NCBI GenBank assembly: GCA_051294375.1
Contig: CM119263.1
Location: 2,256,113-2,320,112, forward strand
Source: Paraspadella gotoi
Taxonomy: Eukaryota; Animalia; Chaetognatha
Direction: 5' to 3'
Length of the DNA: 64,000 nucleotides
Positions 51,145-63,518 of this stretch are shown piece after piece; position 1 is the first letter of the stretch; each line of letters opens with the position of its first letter. A model generated the notes under the pieces. The model worked only from the letters and a program-made list of their open reading frames with translations, was not told the origin of the DNA and searched no databases. The position numbers were made by a program, and so were the translations under genes.

Positions 51145-51779
51145 CTTCCATCGTACAACTCTGGATGATCGTGTCGATATTCGATCGCGAGAACAACATC
51201 AGTGAAAATGTCGAAGTAAAAAAATGCTGTAGTAGCGATAGTGAGGAGAAGCTGTAGTCGCCCCATCAACGTCAAACTCGACCACCAAGAAAACGGATTC
51301 CGGCATCGGCGCCGCTTTTTGTTACCGGCGTCGTCGGCGTTGCAGGCGTCGTCGTCGTTGTCATCGTCTTCGTCGTTATCTGGGCGGCGTTCGTCGAGAA
51401 GAGGGAAGAGGCGCGTCGCCGCAGCGACTGAAGATTCCCGCGCCAGAATCGGGCGCCGTTGGTCGTCGCCGTCGACCCCGAATTTTCGAACGGCGTCCTT
51501 TTTCCCGTCGCCGTTCTGAGCGGCCTTCTTGGAATCGTTTCCAAAATGGAATCGAGAGGCGGCGCCATCGTAAGTAGGAGACGGAAAAGGATCGGGTTCG
51601 GTCACAATGCGAGCGGGCTCAGTTTCCCCGCCATCGTCGCCGCCGCCGCCGCTGCAATCATCTTTAAACCTTTTCCTCGGACACGGATCAACGTCGATCG
51701 CCGCCGGAAGCTGACGCCGAGATTTTCCCGGCGCCGAAAATTTCCGTCGTTCGGCAAGCGGCGCCGGCTTGTGGTTCAT
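51145..51779 (-). CDS. XK-related (Xkr) membrane protein exon 1
   Basis: ATG 51779 MNHKPAP..; TM1 LLLTIATTAFFYFDIFTDVVLAIEY matches the Xkr DxxTDxxLAxxY motif; donor AG|gtgaga, phase 2. Five exons sum to 2343 nt (780 aa). Confidence 0.85.
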
Positions 51780-52011
51780 AGTTGTTGGAGGTTTTTGAAG
51801 GTTTTTGAAATGGTAGTCTACTAGAGGGCGTTCGCCAAGTAGCCAGTCAAAAGTTTCTCCCCTTTTACCTTCAAGCTTTGTCAAATGTTGCTCCCTTCAA
51901 GCTTTTACCGGCTGAGTAATACTTTAAATCTAATTCAAGCCATTTGTAATGTAGTTCCCCTGTTCTGAGCGAAAACAATTTTATTTTATGATTTTAAGAA
52001 ACGTTTGGTTC

Positions 52012-52057
52012 GCGCATGCGCTTTTCCCTTCGACATTTGATTGGTCTCCGGATGACG
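52012..52057 (-). promoter_or_regulatory. Candidate proximal promoter of the Xkr gene
   Basis: Palindromic GCGCATGCGC (NRF1/EWG-type) at 52012-52021, CCAAT on the - strand at 52040-52044 and TGACG at 52053-52057, clustered ~230-280 nt upstream of the ATG. Confidence 0.45.
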
Positions 52058-52274
52058 CGATCGAAAGTCCACTTTATAAACAACGCCAAAATTTGATAAA
52101 CGTTTTAATTGATCCTTAGTCTGACTTCGTTCATCTCATTTGTTTAACTTCGATTCGACTAAACTTGACTGACGACGAATCGTCAACAACTCAACCGGTT
52201 TTCATGTCTGACGCCTTCGAAAGACGAAGAAACGAGTTCTGCCCGAGTTATGTTTTTGTTTGAGGCGAACCAGA

Positions 52275-52515
52275 ATCAATTATAAAAACTAAGTCAACAT
52301 TTGATTGCTGAACTATCTTTAAGTATAAGGCGATACAAGCTTAATTATCTAAAATATAAAATGTAAAGGTTTAATTGCTTCAAGTTTAATGCGAGTTAAG
52401 CTCAATTATAAAAACTAATTAAACTTTGAATGCTGAACTATCTTTAAATAAGTATTATTCGATACAAGCTCAATTATAAAATAGGGAAACATTTGATTGC
52501 TGAACTATCTTTAAG
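52275..52515. repeat. Degenerate AT-rich local repeat x3 (aattataaaa..tttga(t/a)tgctgaactatctttaa)
   Basis: tgctgaactatctttaa occurs three times. Confidence 0.65.
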
Positions 52516-52685
52516 GAAATTGAATCAGAATAGAACATTGCCAATATCTTCATGATTATTTTTTATTACAATGTTTCTAAAATATCAACTTTTTATTGTA
52601 AAACTTCAATGTTTACTTTTAATATCGATTGGAAAAACGGGATGTGTTTACTTAGTATCTTGACGCGTTAGGCGGAAGATAGATA

Positions 52686-52799
<114 letters not shown>

Positions 52800-53090
52800 A
52801 ACTGTTTAATTTTCTGTCTGAACATTGCAAAGAACATAATAAAACGAACGTTTTAACGTCGATACATGTTTTGATTATTATACATGAAATAACATAATTA
52901 AGTACGAAGTAATAACGATATGGAATACGAGAAAAACTCTTTTCTATCACCGATGAATTCTCTCAGCCAATCGGCTAAAACGATTCATAAACGATTCTTT
53001 CGCCTAATCGGCTAAAATTAATAAAATATTAAAGGCCCCACACGGCAATAAAATAAAATAAAAACCCAGAAATTCGTCCTCTCTTCTCCC

Positions 53091-54171
53091 TTAAACTTCC
53101 GAGCCCCGGATGTGACCCAAATCTTGCGGCGCTCCGAACGAAATTTGCTGCAAACCGAGGTGTTGCTGCAGACCGGTCGGTTGCCGCAAATCGTTGTTGG
53201 AGACGGCGAGCGAAGATCCGTTGCGCAGGTTGTTGTGGACGAGATTGGGGACGGGCGCTGCGTTCTTGGTAAGGTGAAGCTGTCCCATGGCGGACCCCAG
53301 AGCGGCCACGTACGGGTGAGGTGACGAGGCGCCGCCTTGAGACGACTTACCCGCGCTCTCCGAAGATTGCAGCGAATTGCCGCTGAGCCGCGAATTGCTG
53401 CGCGGCGGCGGCGTCGCGGCGTGCGGCGAAGACTGTCTCGATCCCGGCGTCGGCGGCCGCAGGAGCGAAGGCCCGTGCTGCTGCCCCTGCGGCGGATTCT
53501 GCATCCCCTGCAGAGACGCTACAACGCCGTTCTGCAGCGGAGATCGTCGAACTTGCTGAGTCGGAGGTTGCGGCATTTGCTGCGGTCGCTGCAGCAGCTG
53601 GTGCAGCGTCTGCGGGGGATGAAAGGAGGCGACGCCGCGATTGTTGTTGTTGTTGTTATTCAAGCCGTTCGTGTTGATGTTGTTGATGTTGAAGAGATTG
53701 TTGACGTTGCGGTTGACGTTGCTGTTGTTGTTGTTAAGGCTGCTGTTGTTGAGCGACGAGGCGATGGGACTCAACTCCAGCCGAATTCCGCCTTCGTTGA
53801 TCTCGTTGTCGGCGGCGGCGCCGTCTCCGAACTTCCGCGGCGCCAACGACGCCGGCTGCCATCTGGCGGCGTTGTTAGACGGCACTTGGTAAAGCGACGC
53901 CGGGGACTGACCCGGCGTCGTCGTCGAGTTCTCCGTCGTCGGCGACGCCACGAAGTTGGGGTAATTGGGCAACGCCCCCCCGCGGGCGTTGATGGTGGCG
54001 TGGCGGGGTGGCGGGGTGGAAAAGCGAGGCTGGGGCGATGGGTGAGGGAGAGGTTGGGGTGAGGAGAAGCGATTTTGAGGGGAAGGGTGGCGAGGGGTGG
54101 CGACGGAGTGGGGAGTCGTGATTGGATGAGGAATGGCGACGGGATGGATGACCGGAAGGTGATTGGTCAAT
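53091..54171 (-). CDS. Low-complexity Pro/Ser/Gln/Asn-rich protein, last exon (C-terminal GSEV)
   Basis: Acceptor attctccag|A; 359-codon open GC-rich frame ending ..DLGHIRGSEV*; no recognisable folded domain. Confidence 0.75.
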
Positions 54172-54679
54172 CTGGAGAATCGGAAATGGGTGAAGGGATG
54201 GGAGGATTTTAATATTTAGAAAAATAACTATTAATTAATTAATTAATTATAAAATTAATCTGAGTTAGATATTTTCAAACGCTGTTCTTTGTAAGAACTT
54301 GTAACTTTCGATGTCTTTCATTCTCTTTTTTCATTCAGTTTTATTTATTTTTTCCTCTCGTTTAACAACATCAATGTTTTCTTCACTTATTCTCCAAATA
54401 CATCACTTTTTCCCCATCACCAGCCGCCTTCCCCATCACTACTTATTCCACTCATCCTTCCTTCTCTGGTGCTAATCCTCTTTCGTTGCCAACTCAGGCT
54501 TCCTAGTAATCTGCCTTGGACTCTCTCTCTCTCGCTCTCTTTCTCTCTTTCTCTCTTTCTGTCTCTCCCACTGTCGCCTTGTTTTTCTTTTTTTTTTCTC
54601 CCCTTTTATTTGTTAGTTCATCTCTCAATTCTCTTATTCAGTCGCTTAATCCTCCACAATCAGCCTATTTATAGCTTCA

Positions 54680-54890
54680 TATTCTGTTATCCACTACTGT
54701 TTGATTCAATCTTCATCTCTCGCTACCTTTTCTGTTATCCACTACTGTTTGATTCCATTCAACATAGATCTCTCGCTACCCTTTCTGTTATCCACTACTG
54801 TTTGATTCCATTCAACATAGAACTCTCGCTACCCTTTCTGTTATCCACTACTGTTTGATTCCATTCAACCTTAATCTCTCGCTACCCTTC
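54680..54890. repeat. ~53-bp tandem repeat x~4
   Basis: tctcgctaccctttctgttatccactactgtttgattccattcaacataga repeated. Confidence 0.85.
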
Positions 54891-54996
54891 TCTGTCTCTC
54901 CTCTTTTCCTCACCCTGTCAACAGTCCCGCTTTTCCTTAACCGAGCCTCACGTTTTCTCATGAAATATCGTTCAAGATTGTTTATATTTACTTCTC

Positions 54997-55060
<64 letters not shown>

Positions 55061-56133
55061 ATCCACTGAATATTTTACAAAAATGAAAAATATTTCGGAA
55101 ACCGACATTTTTTTTCCTTCGCCCTATTTTTTTTCCCCCTGAATGGGAATTTTTATGGGTTTTCTATTCATTTCCTCAGATCTTTTTCTTTTTATTTATT
55201 TCAGCTGATATTTTCTTTTTTCTTATCATTCATTCAGTCAAATTTTTTTATGTCTATTTTTTATTTTATTTATTTCCACTAGTCGCTTTAAAAAAACCTT
55301 ACCATTATCAGGAGCGTATTCAACGTACCTATTTTAGCCAAAATTTTAAAAGAATTTAATATTTATTAATTATTGTTTGGCCCTTGGCCTTTGATAAGCA
55401 AACACTTCTTAAAAACAAGTTTATGGGATATTGAAAAATTCACCAAGTGTCTTCGTCAGCTATGAATACGAAAGGGCTCAACACTAAAGACTGTCTCGTA
55501 ATTTTCACAGACCAATCGTCTCCAAAAGAGCGACATCTTTACAACAATAACGTCTTTTGTTTTTATAGCCACCGAAAATGAGAACCGAAACGACGAAAGA
55601 AATTCTGCTTTTCTTTTGGAGTTTCGCCATTACTATTCTCGCATTAGTATACTCTTCTTTTCTTTTCTTTTCTTTTCTTTTCTTTTCTTTTCTTTTCTTT
55701 ACTTTACTTTACTTTACTTTACTTTACTTTACTTTACTTTACTTTACTTTACTTTTCTTTTCTTTTCTTTCCTTTTGTTTCCTTTCCTTTCCTTTCCTTT
55801 CTTTTCATTCTTTTCCCTCCTTCTTTTCTTTTCTTTCCTACATTTATATTTCTCCTTTTCTCCGCTAAAGCCTTTTACAGTTTCCAATTCCTTCCAAACT
55901 CTCTCTCTCTCCCACTCTCTCTCTCCCTCTCCCTCTCTTCCTCTCTCCCTCTCCCTCTCTCCCTCTCTCCCCCTCTTTTTCTCCAAATCCATTCGGAATC
56001 TGAATTTCAGATTGATGAGTCTCTCTCTGGGCCAAAGGACAAAAGGGACGAAAACTTTTAGAATCGTCCGTCTTAACTGGAACCGATGGTTCCACTCTCC
56101 ACCCTCCCCCCTTCTCCCCACTCCCTTCTTCAC

Positions 56134-56221
56134 CCCCCCCCCAGACGGTGGAGTTACATCGTCGCAGCTGGAGGCCGCGGTTTGTCCGCCAGGGGGTGGA
56201 AGAGGCGGCAGTTTGGACGCC
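56134..56221 (-). CDS. Possible small exon of the low-complexity gene
   Basis: cttatag|G..poly-G|gtgaag; ASKLPPLPPPGGQTAASSCDDVTPPSGG; exit phase depends on a G homopolymer. Confidence 0.35.
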
Positions 56222-56680
56222 CTATAAGGCGGTTGAGGCGAAGTTGGGGAGAATCTTGTCAGATATAGATGTTGAACTGAGCTAATTCTTATATGAGGAG
56301 TGCGGAGTACATATAGTATTCCCCGATCTAATACTTAAGGGAGTGGTCTTTTCATACAATTGAAACATTCTTTGAAATAATATACCACTTCATTGATAGG
56401 GAAGCCAGGTTCACTGGGAGTGAATAAACAAGTCTGTGAGAGAGGCTTGATTAAAAGCTTGCAGAAACCTGTTATGTTATTATCTTGCAAGTGTGATGGA
56501 GGCCTTAAACCACCAAAGCCTGTCCAAAGTCAGGGACAAGATAGTTTATGTATTAAATGGATGGATAATTTTTATATTGGTTGTACCAATTTCATGAAGT
56601 AGCAATTTCAACCACTTAGTTAATTAATTGAAGGAATAACACAAACCTACAAAATTTTTTTAACAAAATGGCCAACAACT

Positions 56681-57136
56681 TCAATCGATCAAATCATGTT
56701 TTGTGAAGATGTAGCGGATTAATTTGTGAATCATTTCAAATGATAACTCATTAACGAATGATGTGATCACTGCTATGAAGAGTGATGACAGTTTCTCCTC
56801 CACAAGTAGTTTGTTTCCAAATGGTACTCTTGATTTTAATTGGCCCGATCGACCCCGACAGACGTAGCACGTAGCCAGGCACGCACCGAAGCAAGCAGAG
56901 ACGCATGCAGCGTCACACGCTGCCGCTCCACCGCCCGTGGTGACAGACATTCGATCCACTGCGAGCGTCGGATCTGCGAGAATATATGGCGCCGCGGGAA
57001 GGACAACCGGCGTCATCGCCCAAAGCGGCGCCGGTAGGGACGTGGGCGGGGGAAGCGGCGACGGCGGAAGCGGCGACGGCGGAAGCGGCGGCGCTTTTTT
57101 TCCCCTGAGATTCCGTTTGTTCTTCATTTTTTTCAT
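56681..57136 (-). CDS. Intronic ORF: polyproline stretch plus Cys-rich hydrophobic segment (CYSTM-like)
   Basis: KKAPPLPPSPLPPSPLPPP..AAPY..GGGAAACDAACVSACFGACLATCYVCRG; GC-rich island in an AT-rich intron; true 3' boundary unknown. Confidence 0.35.
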   Translation of the reverse strand: MKKMKNKRNLRGKKAPPLPPSPLPPSPLPPPTSLPAPLWAMTPVVLPAAPYILADPTLAVDRMSVTTGGGAAACDAACVSACFGACLATCYVCRGRSGQLKSRVPFGNKLLVEEKLSSLFIAVITSFVNELSFEMIHKLIRYIFTKHDLID

Positions 57137-57441
57137 TTAATGGTTTTTTTTCTTTCGAGTTCAGATTTTGTCTTTTGTTCGCGAAACTCAGGTCTACAGG
57201 TCTTCAGGTCTTTAGGTGTTTAGGTCTTCAGGTCTTCAGGAAGAAAAACAAAATAAGCGAAATAATGTTTTAGTTCATAACTAAAAACAAAAAATAAGTA
57301 AAGGGTTAATTATTATTCATTAAGGATAACATAATTAATTATTTATGGTAATATGATGCCCTACAACTGGTACATTTTACCGCCATTTTTTTTCCTTTGT
57401 TCTTTTGTCATTTTCTCTTTTGTTTCTTTTCGTCGCCCTTT

Positions 57442-57500
<59 letters not shown>

Positions 57501-57864
57501 ATTGCACGACTCCAATACCATCGCTTGGATGGCATCAGCGTCCATGGCATCACTGAATGGTATCACTTCAATGCCGTCTCCACGACATAGACTCAAGGAC
57601 GTCCGTTGGTTGGAATCGTTTCCATGGCAACGAAGAAACGACTTTGCAAAGGATAAAGGGCGTTCAATTCTTAACAGAAAAGAGTCCCCCCTTTTTAACT
57701 TCATCCGAGTTGAAACAAAAAAACTATTCGATTATTTCCAAGCTTTTTTTTCGAAAGTCGTCATCACGATTTGCTTGAAAATGATTGCAATCTTCCTGGC
57801 TTGCTTGCACTCTCCATCAGCTGAAAAGACCTGACCTCTCACACAATCGCACTTAATCGAAGTC

Positions 57865-57898
<34 letters not shown>

Positions 57899-57943
57899 CT
57901 CGTCATCTGCTTCTCTTCTCTTCTCATCATCTCTCATCTCTCG

Positions 57944-57974
<31 letters not shown>

Positions 57975-58054
57975 CTCTCTCATTCATTCTTTCCTCTGCC
58001 TTTTCTGACCCCTTCATCTTCGCCCGGCATCTCGTAAAAGCAACCATTCCCATT

Positions 58055-58921
58055 TTTTTTTTTTTTTTGCAGATCTGTTTCTCTCTGTTTCATTTATCAC
58101 TTTATTTTCATTTTGATTCAACTCTCTTAATTTGTATTCATCTCTCTTCATATTTCATCTCATCGTCTCAATATCATTCTCCACTTCTCCTTTATTAGTG
58201 TCAATTTTGATTCACCCCATATCATTTCATTATTCTTCATTTGGATTCATCTCTTTACTATGAAAACACATCTCTTCATATTGATTCATCACTCACTCAC
58301 ACCATTCACTCATGCAACCATCAACGGTCATCATTGCATCTTGACCTGCATCCAATCATATTCTCACAAACTCCCCCCCCCAACTCCCCCCTCTCTCCTC
58401 ACCCTCTCATCTCCGTGGCCGGCGTTCCGCCTTCCGACGGGGTTTTCCGGCAGCGAGGATCCCGGCCGCGACGCCGTCGACGCGGTCGGCTTCAGGCGCG
58501 ACTTCCGGCGCCGGGAGTCAAGTAGCCGGACTCTTGAGTCGTAGGCTCGACGTGGTTGTGTTGAGGAGTGATCGGGCGAAGCGTGGGGCGGCGGAACTAC
58601 GCCGGCCACGCCCAACGAGCCGCCGCGGCGCCGCCCAATTCGACGGTCAACGTGAACGGCGGCGGAGGTGGCGGCGGAGATTTGAGCGTGGAGGGCCGCG
58701 GGTAGGGTGGCGGCGGAGGCGGCGAAATCGCTGAGGAGTAACGTGGGCGAGAGGAGGGGGCGGAACTGTCGCTCGCTTTTTGGGGGGGCGGGGGTGGGGA
58801 GGGAGAGAGAGGATAGGGGGGAAGGAGGAAGGGGAGGGGAAGAGGAAGAAGAGAAAAAGAAAAGGTGAAAATCTTAATTTTAAATCGCGAAGATTAGGAA
58901 ACATAAGTTCAACGGATCATG

Positions 58922-58973
<52 letters not shown>

Positions 58974-59117
58974 CTTCTCTCTCTCTCTCTCTCTTTCTTC
59001 CAGACACAAAAATAATTCATATGATTTTTTTTTAATATAAAATTCGCTTCGGTCCGTCGCATCTCGCTCAGTTGTTGTGTAATCGTTTTGATTTGTTGTT
59101 GTTGCCATTGTCGTGTG

Positions 59118-59164
<47 letters not shown>

Positions 59165-60320
59165 TCTCTCTCTCTCTCTGCTCTCTCGTCTCTCTCTCTC
59201 GTCGTCGTTCAGACGCGGTTAATGATGTTGATGTTATTCCGTCGATGAGAAAATTTACCCGCAACTATGTTTGTTGTTGTTGTTGTGTTGTTGTCGCGTC
59301 GTCGTCGTTCATCGTCGTCGTGGCTGACGAAGAGTGCACTGGCGCGATGGGGAGCGGCGAGGTGGTTTGGGCTGGTGGCGAGAGTGGTTGGGTGTGTTAA
59401 CGAGGGTGGGAACGGGGTACGTAGCGGGAGTCGNNNNNNNNNNNNNNNNNNNNNNNNNTTTTTTTTTTTTTTTTTGCAGATCTGTTTCTCTCTGTTTCAT
59501 TTATCACTTTATTTTCATTTTGATTCAACTCTCTTAATTTGTATTCATCTCTCTTCATTTTCATTCAACTCGTCTCAATATCATTCTCCACTTCTCCTTT
59601 ATTAAGTGTCAATTTTGATTCACCCCATATCATTTCATTATTCTTCATTTGGATTCATCTCTTTACTATGATACACATCTCTTCATATTGATTCATCACT
59701 CACCATTCACTCAACAACATCAACGTCTCATTGCATCTTGACCTGCATCCAATCATCATTCTCACAAACTCCCCCCCAACTTCCCGCCTCTCTCCGTTCA
59801 CCTCTCATCTCCGTGGCCGGCGTTCCGCCTTCCGACGGGGTTTTCCGGCAGCGAGGATCCCGGCCGCGACGCCGTCGACGCGGTCGGCTTCGGCGCGACT
59901 TCCGGCGCCGGGAGTCAAGTAGCCGGACTCTTGAGTCGTCAGGCTCGACGTGGTTGTGTTGAGGAGTGATCGGGCGAAGCGTGGGGCGGCGGAACTACGC
60001 CGGCCACGCCCAACGAGCCGCCGCGGCGCCGCCCAATTCGACGGTCAACGTGAACGGCGGCGGAGGTGGCGGCGGAGATTTGAGCGTGAGAGGGCCGCGG
60101 GTAGGGTGGCGGCGGAGGCGGCGAAATCGCTGAGGAGTAACGTGGGCGAGAGGAGGGGGCGGAACTGTCGCTCGCTTTTTGGGGGGGCGGGGGTGGGGAG
60201 GGAGAGAGAGGATAGGGGGGAAGGAGGAAGGGGAGGGGAAGAGGAAGAAGAGAAAAAGAAAAGGTGAAAATCTTAATTTTAAATCGCGAAGATTAGGAAA
60301 CATAAGTTCAACGGATCATG

Positions 60321-60371
<51 letters not shown>

Positions 60372-60519
60372 CTTTCTCTCTCTCTCTCTCTCTTCTTCCA
60401 GACACAAAATAATTCATAATGATTTTTTTTTAATAAAATTCGCTTCGGTCCGTCGCATCTCGGCTCAGTTGTGTTGTAATCGTTTTTGATTTGTTGTTGT
60501 TGCCATTGTCGTTGCTATC

Positions 60520-60562
<43 letters not shown>

Positions 60563-60820
60563 TCTCTCTCTCTCTCTGCTCTCTCGTGCTCTCTCTCTCT
60601 CGGTCGTTCAGACGCGGTTAATGATGTTGATGTTATTCCGTCGATGAGAAAATTTACCCGCACGTTATGTTGTTGTTGTGTTGGTTTTGCGCGTCCGGTC
60701 GATCGTCGTCATCGTCGTCGTGGCTGACGATGAGTGCACTGGCGCGATGGGGAGCGGCGAGGTGGTTTGGCTGGGTGGCGAGAAGGTTGGGTGTGTTAAC
60801 GAGGGTGGGACGGGGTAGTA
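58055..60820. repeat. ~1.4 kb duplication across the 25-N gap at 59434-59458; probable artefact
   Basis: tttttgcagatctgtttctctctg at ~58064 and ~59471; the copies differ by indels. Confidence 0.85.
58403..58730 (-). CDS. Internal exon of the low-complexity gene (duplicated at ~59802-60129)
   Basis: ctcctcag|C, phase 2; DFAASAATLPAALHAQIS..GHGDER|gtgagg; the two copies disagree by indels, so the distal frame is uncertain. Confidence 0.5.
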
Positions 60821-61077
60821 GCGGGGGTCGTTGGAGCTGGGTCGGAGGGATGGGTCGAATCGACTGTGGGTGGAGCGAATTGGCGAGTCTGGTCGGGTCA
60901 AGGAGATGACCATCCTGGGTGGGATGAACGGGAGGGGGGAAATGGTCGGGCTGAGGGAGACGGTCGGGCTGAGAGAGCCGGTCGGGCTGGGCGGCTTGCG
61001 GACTGGCGAGGGGCTGAGCGTCGAGGTTCGTTTCTCTCCAAACTCGTCTCGTTGTAGTGACGTCGGCGTAGTTATCG
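60658..61077 (-). CDS. Internal exon of the low-complexity gene
   Basis: cttccccag|C..GG|gtaaat, 420 nt, phase 2-2; DNYADVTTTRRVWRETNLDAQPL..(QPDRL)n. Confidence 0.6.
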
Positions 61078-61466
61078 CTGGGGAAGAAGATGAACAACAA
61101 CAACATCGCATTAAATTAAATTAAATTAAATTAAATTAAGTTATAGTAAACTAAATTTATAAGAAACACAACTATAGAAATATGTATAGAAAAACTTAGA
61201 ACGTAAAACTTTTGACCATGTTAAGTACAGACGTAGAAATAAGAATAAAGCAATAAACGGAAAATTTTTCCAAAATCTCATTTGCATATTGCAGAAAAAT
61301 GAAATATGTCTAATTGAAGTTTTGCTTAAATGTTTTTTTGACTTTTGACAAATAGATTTGACCACTTATCAATGTCAATTGAGTTTATAAATATAAGTGA
61401 ATCTTTTTTAAAGCAACGTCAACGGAACTTTCAAGCATAAGAATTGATTTTCGATCTTAATCTTAC

Positions 61467-61854
61467 CTGGAATATCCGAAATTTTGTTTGGCGGCCTGAC
61501 CCGTCGCTTGGTAGGAAGCGGCGCGAACGGCGGCGGGGCGGGGTAAGGTTCGGGTAGGGCTCGACGGGGCGGCGGGGTTGGAGGCGTTGGTGACGGTGGG
61601 AGTGGATGTGGGGAAAGGGGTAATGTTGGAGGTGGGGTTGGCGGGGGTTCCGAGGTTGTAAACGGCCCGAACGAGATTCTGGTCGGGATGTCCTCCCAGA
61701 CTATGTCCTCTGAGACTTTGTCCCTCGTGACTTTGTCCCGCGAAGAGTCTCGTCGTCGTCGTCGCCTGATTCCCGGGCGGCGCCAAAATTCGCGTCGGTG
61801 AACGAAGAGCCGGTCTAAGACGCGCCGCTTCCGCCGAAGATTCCAGGGGATCGT
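61467..61854 (-). CDS. Internal exon of the low-complexity gene
   Basis: acccccag|AC..AG|gtaaga, phase 1-2; DPLESSAEAARLRP..RAVYNLG..RAASYQATGQAAKQNFGYS. Confidence 0.65.
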
Positions 61855-61931
61855 CTGGGGGTGTTTAAGGGGTGGTGAGAGATGGTGGCGGTGTAGGGGT
61901 CAGGGGTGGGCGGGGGGATGAGAGATGAGAG

Positions 61932-61973
<42 letters not shown>

Positions 61974-62081
61974 AATATGAGAAGGGGAGATAGAGAAGAT
62001 TCGAGCAGCAACCGGCTTTCGAGACCTTACGACCCTCGTCAGAATCCGCGTAAACAAAAGTATCTCTCTTCTCTCTCTCTT

Positions 62082-62141
<60 letters not shown>

Positions 62142-62789
62142 GTAGGAAAAATTTGTGTCAGTTGCCCTTGATAGGTCACTAAAAATTGATTTTATGAAAA
62201 ACATTTCAGAAAAGAAGCATAAGTATTTACTCTCAATATGTCTATGTCGTGTATTAAAGATTAACGAATTAAGGATTAATTATTACGAACTATAACTATT
62301 ATTATGTTCTTGACTATAATAGTAATAAAAATAGTTTTTCAAAATACCTACGGGACATCGTCCCCTTTCCGGTCTGATCATCAAAACATTTTTTGAAAGG
62401 CATTTTTTTTCATTTTCTGGTTCGGGGAAAGGGTTACAAAAAAAAGGGAACGGTCGAGGAGCGGAGATTGCAAAACATGGTAAAAATCGGAGCTGGCATC
62501 TTTATAGTTGGTTGATGTTAGTGCGGAGATGGCAAAAAAAAATAAAACGCGGCAAACATCGAGACGAAAGAAAAAGGGAGATGGTGGGCGAAAGAAAAAG
62601 CATAAAACGGAATAAAGCGAAGTTTTAAAAAAAAGCAAAAAAAGCAAATCGTGATGGAAGAATCTTTTCAATTTCCTCCTCTTAAAAGTTTTGATCTTCG
62701 TTTGATGGGAGGACAAAACGATGAAGGGCGAAACTGAGGACAAAAAAAAAGAGTTTAAGGCGAAAGATGAGGGACAAAATTTAAGATTA

Positions 62790-63150
62790 AATCGTGAAGG
62801 ACAAAGCCTCGAAATACCCGGATGTGAGAGACAAAATTTTGAAAATTGAAGATGTAAGAGACTAAGCGTCAAAAAGCCTGGATATGATAGACAAAGTTTT
62901 AAAGTTTCCGGAAGACAGAGACAACGCTTTGAAATGACCGGATGTGATAGACAAAGCCTTGAAATGACCGGATGTCAGAGACAAAGCCTTGAAATTTCCG
63001 GATGTAAGAGTTAAAGCTTCAAAATTCCAGGATGTAAGAGACAAAGCTTCATAATTCCCGGATTAAATACTGAAAATGCACGGATGTGAGATAAACCTAT
63101 TAAAATACCCGTATGTGGTAGAAAGAACATTAAAACTACCCGGATGTCAA
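62790..63150. repeat. 30-bp minisatellite, ~11 degenerate units
   Basis: ggatgt(g/c/a)agagacaaagccttgaaa(tga/ttt)cc at 30-nt period. Confidence 0.85.
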
Positions 63151-63418
63151 AGACGGAACTCGAGATGCGCGTTCCGAATCCGGATCTTCGTTCGAGGACG
63201 ACGACCGATAAAGATTTAACCCGGAAATAGACCGCGGGACAGAAAAAACCCCGCGGGACATAAATCAACCATTCCCCGGAATCTAAGATCGTAAAGAGTT
63301 CCACAACCCAAGAAAAGCAAGAAAAGCAAAAAAAAAAAGTCAAAAAAAGCGGAAAAAGGGAAAGTTCACTCAAGATCGAGAGAACTTACTAAACGTCCCG
63401 GAACGAACCCCCCGTTAC

Positions 63419-63518
63419 CCGGCGAGGACGTGGGGGGGGAGGAAGATGACGACGACGAAGATGACGACGAGGATGACGACGACGACGACGAAGATGACGA
63501 CGACGATGACACTGACAT
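63419..63518 (-). CDS. Possible first exon (poly-Ser) of the low-complexity gene
   Basis: aaaATG MSVSSS..SPPTSSP G|gtaacg gives the phase 1 needed at 61854; may instead be a (GAC)n microsatellite. Confidence 0.25.

Noticed and set aside
53337-54062. 241-aa + strand ORF and other antisense ORFs over GC-rich exons
   Set aside because: Shadows of the real opposite-strand exons; no independent splice or domain evidence.
54680-54890. Second CRISPR-like array
   Set aside because: Plain 53-bp tandem repeat without variable spacers.
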